Source: a bacterium (GTDB lineage Bacteria > UBA8248). Taken from it: a stretch of DNA of 64,000 nucleotides. The number at the start of each line of letters is the position of its first letter. The stretch's first letter is position 1. The stretch spans positions 256,001 through 320,000 of the forward strand of contig OZ241996.1 of NCBI GenBank assembly GCA_965204535.1. Reading direction: 5' to 3'. This document shows, in pieces, positions 10,253 to 19,747 of this stretch. The notes under the pieces were generated by a model. It was not told the origin of the DNA. It ran no database searches and saw only the letters and a program-made list of their open reading frames with translations. The position numbers and the translations under genes are program-made.

Positions 10253-10452
10253 GTATCGGGGGTGTCCATCCCCGTGGTTGCGTTTCTTCGTGATGCCGTG
10301 CGAGATGGCAATTGCCCCTGCCTCCAGCCTAAGCTCGCTCGCCAGGCAAGAGCCACTGAAACCGGAGTCGCGTCGTTTATATCGATTATAGCATTTATAT
10401 CGAATATGCTTTATATTGACGATGTGTCGAGAATCCGAGGCTGAAGGGGAGA

Positions 10453-10923
10453 TTGAATATGGCAGGCACGATAATGCAATTCCCATCGGCGTTTCCCAGC
10501 TCCCGGGAGGCGAGTATTGCGAAAGCGTCCGCTCGGGCGCTTGCAGACAAACTCGCGGACTGTCCTGATAAGGTAGCCATTCGGCTCGCCGAGGATGAAC
10601 GCGATGTTATCGAATTGCCCTTTGCGGCGGTTCGCCTGCTTATCGATCTGCTGGACGAGATGTCCAAGGGCAACGCCGTATCGCTGATACCCATGAACGC
10701 GGAACTGACGACCCAGCAAGCTGCAGATTTGCTCAACGTATCGCGGGGATTCATCGTCAAACTGCTCGATAACCGGGAGATACCCTGTCGAATGGTCGGG
10801 ACGCACAGGCGCGTTATGTTCAACGACTTGAAGGCCTACGAGGAGCGAACCAAACGGGCGCGCCTGAAAGCTCTGGACCGGCTTACGGAAGAGAGCCAGA
10901 AGCTCGGAATCGGTTACGAGTAA
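10453..10923 (+). CDS. Excisionase-family (HTH_17) DNA-binding protein, antitoxin-like
   Basis: ELTTQQAADLLNVSRGFIVKLLD...VGTHRRV...ALDRLTEESQKLGIGY, the pattern of HTH antitoxins usually paired with a PIN toxin. Confidence 0.85.
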   Translation: MNMAGTIMQFPSAFPSSREASIAKASARALADKLADCPDKVAIRLAEDERDVIELPFAAVRLLIDLLDEMSKGNAVSLIPMNAELTTQQAADLLNVSRGFIVKLLDNREIPCRMVGTHRRVMFNDLKAYEERTKRARLKALDRLTEESQKLGIGYE

Positions 10924-10966
10924 GTTTGTGAGTGCTTCGCCTGATGAAGGAACGGAGGAGTAAACA

Positions 10967-11101
10967 ATGGCCAAAGAACCGATACCACCGCCCTCGAAAC
11001 GTCTGGTCCGGGTTGGGGATGGCGTATCGTCCAGGCCCAGGAATTTCGCCAAACCCAAACCGCCTCCGGCTCCCCCACCCAAGAAGCGGGCGCATGACTG
11101 A
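10967..11101 (+). CDS. Small Pro/Lys-rich peptide (44 aa)
   Basis: Strong RBS GGAGGAG; MAKEPIPPPSKRLVRVGDGVSSRPRNFAKPKPPPAPPPKKRAHD; stop overlaps next start region. Confidence 0.45.
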   Translation: MAKEPIPPPSKRLVRVGDGVSSRPRNFAKPKPPPAPPPKKRAHD

Positions 11102-11276
11102 CCCGATAATCGCCGAGGTCCGGGCCGCGCGGGATGCGCACGCGGCGCGCTTCGGTTACGACGCGGCGGAGATTTTCCGGGACATTCGGGCCATGCAGGA
11201 CGCATCCGGTTCCGAATACGTCCGCCGTCCCGCGCGCTTCGTCGCCGCCATACCCGACGATTCCCCATCGCCGTGA
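11094..11276 (+). CDS. Small protein of the 'DPIIAEVRAAR' type often adjacent to PIN toxins
   Basis: MTDPIIAEVRAARDAHAARFGYDAAEIFRDIRAMQ...; ATG at 11094 inside the longer ORF. Confidence 0.65.
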   Translation: MTDPIIAEVRAARDAHAARFGYDAAEIFRDIRAMQDASGSEYVRRPARFVAAIPDDSPSP

Positions 11277-11406
11277 TGCCCGGCGCAGGCGGATACCCAG
11301 GTCCGCCCCTACGCACCCCTGCAACCCTTTTGCTCCCTACCCGGGATTGTTGAAAAAGCCCCCCTCCTCAGGGGATAAAGGCAACCCCCCCCTACCCCCC
11401 CTTGTC

Positions 11407-12916
11407 GGGGCTGTTGAAAAACCCTGTTTTGAAGCAGGGGGTATGGCGGCTCACGCGGCTTGGGATAGGAAGCCCAATCGGCGCGTGAGGCCGCGATATG
11501 CGCGCAGACGGCGTCTCCGGGCGGCCCAGGCCCTCCACAGAGCGAATATATCCGCCGCAAAAGCGGCGGCCAGCCGCTTGAGGTTCACCGCAGTCGCCGT
11601 CAGGTAGGCCTGGATCCTCATGTTCGCAAGGCCCCGGCGCACCGCCCGCCCCAGTCCGTGCCGACTCTTCGCTTCGCCGTGGTAGCCCTCCGAACGCGAC
11701 ATGTGGCGGCGCCACAGCCGGCCCTCCTCCTCCCCCCGGCGCGCGTGCCGCCGGCGCGCGCGCAACAGCGCCGGATATTCATGCGGAATCAGCACCGTCC
11801 TGCTCGTGTGCGACTTGGGCAGACAATCCGACCTCAGCGCGCAGCCCGCGCAATCGCGCGTCCTCGAACCATAGTAGCGCCCCCGCTCCGTCTCCTTCCG
11901 GGGACGCAGCGTCTTGCCGCCCGGACACTTCACCACCTTGTGCCGCTCGTCGTAGCGGAACAACTGCAGCGGAACACGGCTCTGGGAAGGCTCCTTCTTC
12001 GCCGGTATCAGCGCATCAACACCCCGCCGCTCCAATCCCGCATACACCTTCGAGTACGCATAACCACTATCCGCCGTCACCACCGCGGGCGCGCGACCCG
12101 TGAGCTCGCAAACCGCATCCAACTGCGGCTCCATCATCTCCCGCTCGTTCAACGTCCCCGCCGTCACCTCTACGTCGAGGACAACGCCCCGCTCATCGTC
12201 CACCACCGCGTGGTGCTTGTAGCTCGGCTCGAACCCCGCCCGAGCGCTCTTGCGCGCCAGGCGCGCGTCGGGGTCCGTACGGCTCACCGGACCCGAACCC
12301 CCGCCCTTCTTCCCCGCCTCATCCGCCGAGTCGTTCTCCCGCACCACCTTCTCCGCGTGGCGCGCCGCCAGACTCTCCCAACTCACGTCCGCACGTATCA
12401 AAGACGCGTCCATGTGAACCACTTCCCCCTTCGCCACCTGCGCCTCCAGGCACGCCTGAACCGTGCGGCGCAATATCTCCTTGAACCGCGCCTCCCCCCA
12501 CCGCTGGCGAATCCGCGTCAGGCTCGAATGATCCGGCAACTCCTCGTGCAGCTCGTAACCGATGAACCACCGGATCGCCAGGTTCACCTGCGCCTCGCGA
12601 AGCAGATGCCGGTCGTGAACGTGGCCCAGCAGCAGGCCCGCCAGCATCAACCGCACCACCACTTCCGGGTCGATCCCCGGTCGACCGTTGTCCGCGCAAT
12701 AGCACTCCGCCACCTCCTCGCGAAGCCAGCTCAAATCCAGTACGCGGTTCACCCGGAACAATATGTAATCTTCGGGAATCAACTGCTCCAGCGAACCGGC
12801 CACGAACAATTCCATCTGCCCGCGCCTCTTGCGGTCCAACATCGGGGAATCTCCCATCTCGGGCGAGGGGGGATAACTCCATACGATCACAAAACCAGGG
12901 GTTTTTCAACAGGCCC
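11407..12916 (-). mobile_element. IS1182-family insertion sequence
   Basis: TIRs GGGGCTGTTGAAAAACCC / GGGTTTTTCAACAGGCCC; 5-bp direct repeat TTGTC (11402-11406, 12917-12921); single transposase. Confidence 0.9.
11451..12842 (-). CDS. IS1182-family DDE transposase
   Basis: GRPGIDP, LPDHSSLTRIRQR (DUF772-like), HMDAS, TADSGY, CxxC cluster, SEGYHGEAK...AVNLKRL. Confidence 0.92.
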   Translation of the reverse strand: MLDRKRRGQMELFVAGSLEQLIPEDYILFRVNRVLDLSWLREEVAECYCADNGRPGIDPEVVVRLMLAGLLLGHVHDRHLLREAQVNLAIRWFIGYELHEELPDHSSLTRIRQRWGEARFKEILRRTVQACLEAQVAKGEVVHMDASLIRADVSWESLAARHAEKVVRENDSADEAGKKGGGSGPVSRTDPDARLARKSARAGFEPSYKHHAVVDDERGVVLDVEVTAGTLNEREMMEPQLDAVCELTGRAPAVVTADSGYAYSKVYAGLERRGVDALIPAKKEPSQSRVPLQLFRYDERHKVVKCPGGKTLRPRKETERGRYYGSRTRDCAGCALRSDCLPKSHTSRTVLIPHEYPALLRARRRHARRGEEEGRLWRRHMSRSEGYHGEAKSRHGLGRAVRRGLANMRIQAYLTATAVNLKRLAAAFAADIFALWRAWAARRRRLRAYRGLTRRLGFLSQAA

Positions 12917-13097
12917 TTGTCAGGGGGGTAAGAAGAAGCAAAACCCCCTCAGCCCGGCGGGAGCGCATCGCCTTTTCATACCCCCCTGACAAGGGGGGGT
13001 AGGGGGGGTTGGTTTTCAAGGCGAGAGCCTGCCCCTCCCCCTAGGCCGGGTAACGGCACGGCGCGAGCGCGTCCGCCCCCGCGCCGCGCGAGATGCG

Positions 13098-14432
13098 CTA
13101 GTCGGGTGAACGCGGGTCCGCCGGTGGCCAGCGCCTGTGCAAGTCATCGATCATGTAAGGATGAACGTGTTCGCGCCCGCCGCGCAGGTGCGGATGATGG
13201 GGAGGGAGGTCGTCGTGACGATGCGCTATCGCGACCGGATCGGAGCCCGGCCACAGCAGAAGCGCGAGCGCCGCGCCGAAGAAAGCCAGCGCGCTCAACC
13301 CGGCGAGCGCGGCGAACGCGCCATAGGCGGTCATCAACCAGCCCGACAGCGGATAGGTCGCCAGCCAGCAGGCGTGGCTGAGCGCGAACTGCGCCGCGAA
13401 GAGCGCGGGCCGGTCCTCGGGGTTCGAGGAGCGCCGCAGCAGGCGTCCCGACGGTGTGAGTACGCCGGAATAGCCGATCCCCACCGCGACCCATGCGCCG
13501 AGCAGGAGAGGCCAGGAGAGCCCGGCGCCCGGGATGAACGCGGCGAGCGCGCACAGGCCCGCGATCATCAGCGCGGCGCTCGTCAGCATCACCGCCCGCT
13601 CCGGCGCCCGGTCGAGCAGGCGCGGCAGGGCGAGCGCGGCCAGCATCGAGCCGCCCCCGAATGCGGCCATCGCCCACGCCACGGCGCTCTCGCCGAGCCC
13701 CAGCCCGCCCCGCACGAGCACGACGGTGTTGACCAGCACCATCGCGCCCGCGGCCGCCGCCGCGAGATTGAGCGCCAGCAGCCCGCGGAGCCGGGGCGTG
13801 GCGAGATAGATGCGGACACCGCGGGTCGTGCGCTCGTAGACGCTTCGCGGGGCCTTGGGTGCTGTGCTCGGCAGAAATACCGAGACCACGAGCAAAGCCG
13901 AGGCGAGAAAGCCGGCCGCCGTGCCGAGGAACAGGGCGTCGTAGGACATCAACGCCAGCAGCAGCGCCGCGAGGGTCGGGCTGAAGATGTTCTCGAGGTC
14001 ATAGGCGAGGCGTGAGAGCGACAGCGCGCGGGTGTAGCGGGATTCTTCGGGCAGCACGTCCGGTATCGTCGCCTGGAAGGTCGGGGTGAAGGCCGCCGAG
14101 GCCGATTGCAGCACGAAGATCAGGAGGTAGAGCTGCCAGATCTGCGTCACGAAGGGCAGCGCCAGGGCCGCGGCGGTGCGCACGATGTCGAGCGCCACGA
14201 GCAGCGCCCGGCGCGGGATACGGTCGGCGAAGGCGCCGGCGATGGGCGCGACCCCGACGTAGGCCGCCATCTTGATGGTGAAGACGGCGCCGAGCACCAT
14301 CGCCGCGTCCTCTTCCGCGAGGTCGTAGGCGAGAAGTCCCAGCGCAATCGTAGCGAGCCCCGTGCCCGCAAGGGCCGTGACCTGCGCGGCGAAGAGATGG
14401 CGGTAGGTGCGATCGGCGAGGATTTCCAGCAC
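13098..14432 (-). CDS. MFS transporter, NreB-like nickel/metal efflux with His-rich tail
   Basis: 12 TM; GAFADRIPRR motif A; LFAAQFALSHACWL; C-terminal HRHDDLPPHHPHL...HVH. Likely GTG start at 14432. Confidence 0.85.
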   Translation of the reverse strand: MLEILADRTYRHLFAAQVTALAGTGLATIALGLLAYDLAEEDAAMVLGAVFTIKMAAYVGVAPIAGAFADRIPRRALLVALDIVRTAAALALPFVTQIWQLYLLIFVLQSASAAFTPTFQATIPDVLPEESRYTRALSLSRLAYDLENIFSPTLAALLLALMSYDALFLGTAAGFLASALLVVSVFLPSTAPKAPRSVYERTTRGVRIYLATPRLRGLLALNLAAAAAGAMVLVNTVVLVRGGLGLGESAVAWAMAAFGGGSMLAALALPRLLDRAPERAVMLTSAALMIAGLCALAAFIPGAGLSWPLLLGAWVAVGIGYSGVLTPSGRLLRRSSNPEDRPALFAAQFALSHACWLATYPLSGWLMTAYGAFAALAGLSALAFFGAALALLLWPGSDPVAIAHRHDDLPPHHPHLRGGREHVHPYMIDDLHRRWPPADPRSPD

Positions 14433-14561
14433 GGGCGGCCTCAGCGGAAACGGCGGCGAGAAACGCGAACAGGCGCATTCTATCCGCAAAGGAGAGGGTC
14501 GTGCACGTGGGCGGCGCCACCGGAGCCCGGAGGGGGTTCTTCAGCGCAAATGTCCCCTCAA

Positions 14562-14853
14562 GGGGCTGTTGATAAAGCCCTTTTTGTTCAGGGGATAAAG
14601 GCAACCCCCCCTACCCCCCCTTGTCAGGGGGGTATGAAAAGGCGACGCCCGCCGCCGGTAGAGGGGCTTTTGTTTTTTCTTGCCCCCCTGACAAGGGGGG
14701 GTAGGGGGGGTTGGTTTTCAAGGCGAGAGCCTGCACCGCCTGGAAACGCCGTCTGCGCCAACATCGCAGCCTTTCGCGTCGATTGGGCTTACTCTCCGCC
14801 GCTGCGTGAGCCAGTAATACGCCCGCTCCCGAAACGGGGTTTTTCAACCCCCC
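14562..14853. mobile_element. MITE-like cassette copy 2: IS-type end, long palindrome, diverged IS1182 3' end
   Basis: GGGGCTGTTGATAAAG...palindrome...; ~14740-14853 resembles the IS 3' end (reverse complement of ~11407-11520) and ends GGGGTTTTTCAACCCC. Confidence 0.75.
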
Positions 14854-14854
14854 C

Positions 14855-15691
14855 TCACACCTCGATCTCCAGCAAATCACGCCCTAAAATCACTTCGCCG
14901 TCGAAATCCCGCCGGACGTCTTCTTCGATCGCGCGCATGAGGTGCTCGGGTTTTTGGCGGAAATGGGTGAGGACGAGTTTCTTGACGCCTGCATTTGCGG
15001 CGATCTTTCCCGCCTGTTTTGAGGAGGGAAAAAGATACCGGGTCAGGCGTTCGGTATGCGCGTCCACGACCTCCGCCGCGGCCAGATAGCAGCACAGCAC
15101 GAGCGCGTCCGCTCCCCGCGCCAGACGATCCAGTCCCGCGCAGGGGACTGTATCGCCGCTGATGGCGAGGGTCTTTCCCTCCGCCTCCAGCCGATAGCCC
15201 AGCGTCGTCCAGTCGAAATCGGGTATCCCCAGACCCTGGCCGTGCTCGACGAACTCCGCATAGACCTTCCAGCCGTCGCCGTCATGCACCAGGCCCGCGC
15301 CGGTTTCACTCACTTCCACCGGCTTCCATCCCCCGACCGCGGGCTCTCCCTCCGCCCGGAAGCGGATGTCCTTCGCGTAGACCCGATCGATGAGGGCGGT
15401 TACGATCTCCGCCGTTCCCGCCGGCCCATATACGCGCAAGGCGCCTGGACGGCCCTGCAGCCAGGTGCTCAGGATCACGTCGCCCAGATCGCTGATGTGG
15501 TCGTAGTGGTGGTGCGTGATGAAGACGGGATTCACCTGCGCGAGGGGCACGCCGGCGCGGACGAGTTGGGTGACCACGCCTCTGCCGCAGTCGAAGAGCA
15601 GCCGCTCCTCGCCCACGTTGACCACGAGAGAGGAACCCTGGCGCGCAGGGTCCGGCCGGGGGCCGCCCGTGCCGAGCAGGGTGATCTTCAT
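14855..15691 (-). CDS. MBL-fold metallohydrolase (RNase Z/AtsA-like)
   Basis: MKITLLGTGGP, LFDCG, THHHYDH, ISGDT, LVLTHF. Confidence 0.9.
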   Translation of the reverse strand: MKITLLGTGGPRPDPARQGSSLVVNVGEERLLFDCGRGVVTQLVRAGVPLAQVNPVFITHHHYDHISDLGDVILSTWLQGRPGALRVYGPAGTAEIVTALIDRVYAKDIRFRAEGEPAVGGWKPVEVSETGAGLVHDGDGWKVYAEFVEHGQGLGIPDFDWTTLGYRLEAEGKTLAISGDTVPCAGLDRLARGADALVLCCYLAAAEVVDAHTERLTRYLFPSSKQAGKIAANAGVKKLVLTHFRQKPEHLMRAIEEDVRRDFDGEVILGRDLLEIEV

Positions 15692-17199
15692 TCTTCCTCC
15701 TCCGGTGGGAAGTGCGTGGTCTTCTTTCCGCGCAGGAAAAATGGATAGAGGAGCAGGATAGCAGAGGCGATCCACGCGAGCAGGGCGAGGGGATGGGCGA
15801 TGAAGGTTTCATAACTCCCCCGCGAGATGACGAGCGACTGGCGCACCTTTTCCTCAAAAAGCCTGCCGAGGACGAACGCGAGCACCAGCGGCGCGCCCGG
15901 ATAGTTCAACTTGCGCATCATGTAGCCCAGGAGTCCAAAGACCGCCATGAGCATAACGTCGGCCGGGTTGTTGCTCACGCTGTAGGCGCCGATCCCGCAG
16001 AACAGAAGAATCAGGGGCCACAGGTAGCGGTAGGGCACGGTGAGCAGGCGCGCCCACATGCCCACGAGCGGCAGGTTGAGCAGCAGGAGCAGGGCGTTTC
16101 CGGTGTACATGCTCGTCACCACCCCCCAGAAGATGGCGGGGTGCTCGGTGATCAGGAGCGGCCCCGGCTGCACGCCGTGGGTGAGGAAGGCCGCCGTCAG
16201 AACGGCCACCGCGGCGCTCGGGGCGATGCCCAGCGTGAGGAGGGGAATCATGCTGCCCGCCGTGGCGGAGTTGTTGGCCGCCTCGGGCCCCGCCACGCCC
16301 TCGATCACGCCCGTGCCGAACTTTTCGGGGCGCTTCGAGATGCGCCGCTCCAGGGAATAGGAGAGGAATGGGGGCACGATGGTGCCCATGCCGGGCAGGA
16401 TCCCCATGAAAAACCCCACGATGCTCCCCCGCCCGATGGCAGGTGCTGAGTCGCGCCAGTCCTGCCGCGTGGGCCACAACCCCTTGATGCGGCCCTTGAA
16501 CACTTCCAGCTTCTCTGATTTCTCCAGGTTGATCAGCACCTCCGAGATGCCGAACAGGCCGATCACCAAGGGAGCGAAGCCCACCCCGTCCATCAGGGTG
16601 AAGGTGCCGAAGTCATAGCGCGGCGTGGATTCCACCGGGTCCAGACCTATGGTGGAGAGGAGGAATCCGAGCAGGGCGGACGCAGCGGCGCGCGGGCGCG
16701 AGCCGCCGCTGAACTGGACCACCAGCAGAAAGCTCAGGCACAGGAGCGCGACCAGTTCCGGCGGGCCGATCTTCACGGCCATCTCGGCCAGGGCGGGGGC
16801 CATGAGCGTGATGCCGAGAACGCCCAGCGTTCCCGCGATGAACGAGCCCCAGGCGCAGATGGCGAGCGCTGGCCCCGCCCTGCCTTGCCGCGCCATCTGG
16901 TAGCCGTCCAGGGTGGTCACGACCGAGGACGCCTCGCCGGGCAGGTTCAGGAGAATCGACGTGGTGGAGCCGCCGTACATCGCCCCGTAAAACACTCCCG
17001 CCATGATGATGATGGCGGCCGTCGGCTCCATCTTGATGGTGATCGGGAGCAGGAGGGACATGGTGGCGACCGGGCCCAGGCCCGGCAGCACCCCGATGGC
17101 CGTCCCCACGAAAACGCCCATGAAGCAGGCGAGGAGGTTGTACGGGGCGAGGCTCACCGAGAAGCCGAAATAGAGGTTTGCGAAAAGATCGCCCATCAA
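15688..17199 (-). CDS. tctA: Tripartite tricarboxylate transporter permease TctA
   Basis: GTAIGVLPGLG, YGAMYGGS, GPEAANNS, GVQPGPLL. Confidence 0.93.
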   Translation of the reverse strand: MMGDLFANLYFGFSVSLAPYNLLACFMGVFVGTAIGVLPGLGPVATMSLLLPITIKMEPTAAIIIMAGVFYGAMYGGSTTSILLNLPGEASSVVTTLDGYQMARQGRAGPALAICAWGSFIAGTLGVLGITLMAPALAEMAVKIGPPELVALLCLSFLLVVQFSGGSRPRAAASALLGFLLSTIGLDPVESTPRYDFGTFTLMDGVGFAPLVIGLFGISEVLINLEKSEKLEVFKGRIKGLWPTRQDWRDSAPAIGRGSIVGFFMGILPGMGTIVPPFLSYSLERRISKRPEKFGTGVIEGVAGPEAANNSATAGSMIPLLTLGIAPSAAVAVLTAAFLTHGVQPGPLLITEHPAIFWGVVTSMYTGNALLLLLNLPLVGMWARLLTVPYRYLWPLILLFCGIGAYSVSNNPADVMLMAVFGLLGYMMRKLNYPGAPLVLAFVLGRLFEEKVRQSLVISRGSYETFIAHPLALLAWIASAILLLYPFFLRGKKTTHFPPEEEE

Positions 17200-17657
17200 A
17201 ACCCCAAGAGACCACGGGGGAAGTGCACGTTCAGCAATTTCACGAAGAGGACGAAAGCCGCCGCCGAAGCTGCCGCCGAGATCAGGAGACCCCGGAGGAG
17301 AGACTGGCGGTCGATGACGAGCCAGCAGAACGCCATGAAGATGAAAGTCGTGGCGAGGAATCCCGAAAATTCGAGAAGGAGGCCGAAGAGCGCCGTCCCC
17401 GCCATGACGGAGAGCACCCGCCGGAACCGGTCGAGCGTGAATACGGACTCGGATTCGGTGGACGCCTCATCTACGGGGCTTTGACGGAGGTGCCGCGTCA
17501 TCAGGTAGAGCGAGGTGGCCGCGAGACCCGCGCAAATCCAGAAAGGGAAAAATCCCGGTTCGGGCCGGTTGATGCTCCCCAGCCCTAGCCGGTGGGCGAA
17601 CCAGCCCATGAGCAGCGAAACGGCGAGCAGCGCCGCGGGAGGGGCGAATTTGCGCAC
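17196..17657 (-). CDS. tctB: TctB family small membrane subunit
   Basis: PEPGFFP motif, 4 TM, lies between tctC and tctA. Confidence 0.85.
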   Translation of the reverse strand: MRKFAPPAALLAVSLLMGWFAHRLGLGSINRPEPGFFPFWICAGLAATSLYLMTRHLRQSPVDEASTESESVFTLDRFRRVLSVMAGTALFGLLLEFSGFLATTFIFMAFCWLVIDRQSLLRGLLISAAASAAAFVLFVKLLNVHFPRGLLGF

Positions 17658-17667
17658 GTCGCCCCCT

Positions 17668-18651
17668 CTATTTTTTCTTGATGCCGACGGCCTTCATGAT
17701 CTCCCTGGAAGTCTCGTGGTCCTGCCGGGCGAGCTTCTTCGCCCCCGGCCCGTCCACGAATTCCACCCGGAAGCCCGCCTTGTTCAGTTTTTTCACCACC
17801 GCCGGGTCATTGGCGGTCTTCTTGAGGGCCGCGGAGAGCTTGTCGAGAACGGCCTTGGGCGTTCCCTTCGGCGCCCACAGCCCGGCCCAGAGACCGATGC
17901 TCGCCCGTCCGAGCCCCTTCTCCTTCAAGGTCGGGATGTTAGGGAACTTGGGATCCCGCGCGTTGTCCGTGATGGCGAGGCCCACCAGCTTGCCCGCCCG
18001 CAGGAGCGCCTGCATCGCGCCGAACCCGCCCGCGGAGAAATCCACGTGGCCGCCCAGGGCGGCGTTGCGCGCCGGGCCGGAGCCCTTGTAGTGCACGGGG
18101 GTGGCTTTCAGCCCGCGTATGGCGAGAACCGCCGCCATGGTGAGATACGGCGCGGTCGGCGCACCGCTCGTGCCGTAGTTCAGCTTTCCGGGGTTTTTCT
18201 TGATGTAGGCGAGAAGGCCGTCGAGGTCCTTCCAGCGCGAATCCGGTTTGGAGACGACCCCCGTCGCGCCGAAGGCGTACGCGCCGATGTACTCGTAGTC
18301 ATCCAGCGCGAAGGGCAGGGTGCGCAGCGCCGTTCCCACGGTGAGGGGCGCGGACATGGTCGAGAGGATGGTGTAGCCGTCCGGCTTGGCCTTCTTGACG
18401 TAGGTGTAGGCGATGGCGCCGCCGGCGCCGGGCTTGTTGACGAGCTGGATGGCGCCGCCGAAATTTTTCTGGAGCGCGGGATGGATGATGCGGATCGTGG
18501 TGTCTCCCGGCCCTCCCGGCGGGAAGGAGATGATGAACTGAACGGGGTAGCCGGGATATTGGGCCGAATGCGCGCTCTTTATCGGCAGGCAGACCAGCGC
18601 AACGACGAACAGGAGAAACAGCGAACGACGAGGCATGACGTTTTCCTCCAT
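17668..18651 (-). CDS. tctC: TctC/Bug family substrate-binding protein
   Basis: Signal peptide; FPPGGPGD, VNKPGAGG, KPDGYT, PNIPTLKE. Confidence 0.92.
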   Translation of the reverse strand: MEENVMPRRSLFLLFVVALVCLPIKSAHSAQYPGYPVQFIISFPPGGPGDTTIRIIHPALQKNFGGAIQLVNKPGAGGAIAYTYVKKAKPDGYTILSTMSAPLTVGTALRTLPFALDDYEYIGAYAFGATGVVSKPDSRWKDLDGLLAYIKKNPGKLNYGTSGAPTAPYLTMAAVLAIRGLKATPVHYKGSGPARNAALGGHVDFSAGGFGAMQALLRAGKLVGLAITDNARDPKFPNIPTLKEKGLGRASIGLWAGLWAPKGTPKAVLDKLSAALKKTANDPAVVKKLNKAGFRVEFVDGPGAKKLARQDHETSREIMKAVGIKKK

Positions 18652-18934
18652 GCTGCAGGAGATGCGGGAACCGAGCCGCCCCCGGCATATCTCCTGGCTC
18701 AGGATCGAAAAAACCTCTTCACATGCGGATTGTCTTTAGTTTTAGAGAGTATAGCAAAACGGCGCGCGGGCCGCTATTGGGCGAATTTCACGACCTCCTT
18801 CGGGAGTGCCGTCGATGCGGCGTATGCACAGGAATGACGAACAAAACCTCTCTCATCCGTAGCGGACATGCCCCCGTGCCTGTCCTGAATTGCTTGTTTC
18901 CAATTTTGCAGAGAGGATTCACTCCCCCCTTGTC

Positions 18935-19143
18935 GGGCTTGTTGAAAAACCCCCTGAGAGGGTAATGGCAACCCCCTTGAAAGGGAAATCCCATAAAGGC
19001 AACCCCCCCTACCCCCCCTTGTCAGGGGGGCAAGAAAAAGCAACACCCCTCAGTCCGGCGGGGGCGCATCGCCTTTTTTTACCCCCCTGTCAAGGGGGGG
19101 TAGGGGGGGTTGCTCCTTTAACAAAGACTTTTTCAACAGCGCC
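18935..19143. mobile_element. MITE-like cassette copy 3, nested in an outer hairpin
   Basis: CCCCCTTGTC|GGGCTTGTTGAAAAACCC...palindrome...TTTTTCAACAGC; outer arms ACTCCCCCCTTG (18921) / CAAGGGGGGAGT (19145); GTAG REPs at 18859-18885 and 19165-19190. Confidence 0.75.
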
Positions 19144-19300
19144 TCAAGGGGGGAGTCCGAGACAGGACAACCACGGGGGGTTGTCCCTACCATGCGCCGG
19201 AATGACATCCTTGCCGTCCGGTCTCGACGGATGCGAGAGGGCGTAGGGGCGGTTCGTGAACCGCCCGGCTCTCCTGAAACGAACCGGACTTGATGGGAGG

Positions 19301-19744
19301 TCATCCCCCTCCCAGATACGCGCCGAGATTCTCCAGGCACTCGCCCCAGCCTCCGTGGTGCTCGTCGCGCATGTTCTCGTCCGGGAATCCCTCGTGCGTG
19401 AGGGTAACGGTGGTCTCATCGCCCTCTCCGGTGAAATCGATGCTCACCAGGGTTTCGGGGTAATCCCAATCCCCCCGCTCCCAGCGGAAGGTGAAGACGA
19501 GCCGCTCGGGCGGGCGTATCTCGACGAACGCCCCGTTCAGGTAGAACGACTCGCCCTCGTCGGTCCGCATCTCGACGCGGTATTTTCCGCCCGGGCTTAA
19601 GTCCATCTCCACCGAGGGCACGGTGTGTCCCTCCGTTCCCCACCATTTCTGTAACGCCTCGGCCCCCGTCCACGCGGCGAATACTTTCTCCCTCGGCGCC
19701 CGGAAGGTTCGTTTGATGATGAGTGTGTTTGTCATTTCGAGCAT
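19301..19744 (-). CDS. SRPBCC/AHSA1 domain protein
   Basis: RTFRAPREKVFAAWT, PPERLVFTFRW, HHGGWGECLENL. Confidence 0.92.
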   Translation of the reverse strand: MLEMTNTLIIKRTFRAPREKVFAAWTGAEALQKWWGTEGHTVPSVEMDLSPGGKYRVEMRTDEGESFYLNGAFVEIRPPERLVFTFRWERGDWDYPETLVSIDFTGEGDETTVTLTHEGFPDENMRDEHHGGWGECLENLGAYLGGG

Positions 19745-19747
19745 GTT

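Larger units (their letters stand above)
11343..13031. repeat. Long palindromic repeat cassette copy 1, interrupted by the IS
   Basis: GGGATTGTTGAAAAAG end, then AACCCCCCCTACCCCCCCTTGTC|IS|TTGTCAGGGGGG...CCCCCCTGACAAGGGGGGGTAGGGGGGGTT. Confidence 0.85.

Noticed and set aside
9082-10486. ORFs 9082-10011 and 9863-10486
   Set aside because: Non-protein-like composition; they cross repeats and an AT-rich promoter tract.
10453-11340. Integron cassette array or prophage
   Set aside because: No attC-like sites, integrase or phage structural genes; the HTH_17 protein is antitoxin-like.
18723-19340. Short ORFs with GNPPYPPLSGG / PLTRGGRGG peptides
   Set aside because: Translations of the palindromic repeat, not genes.
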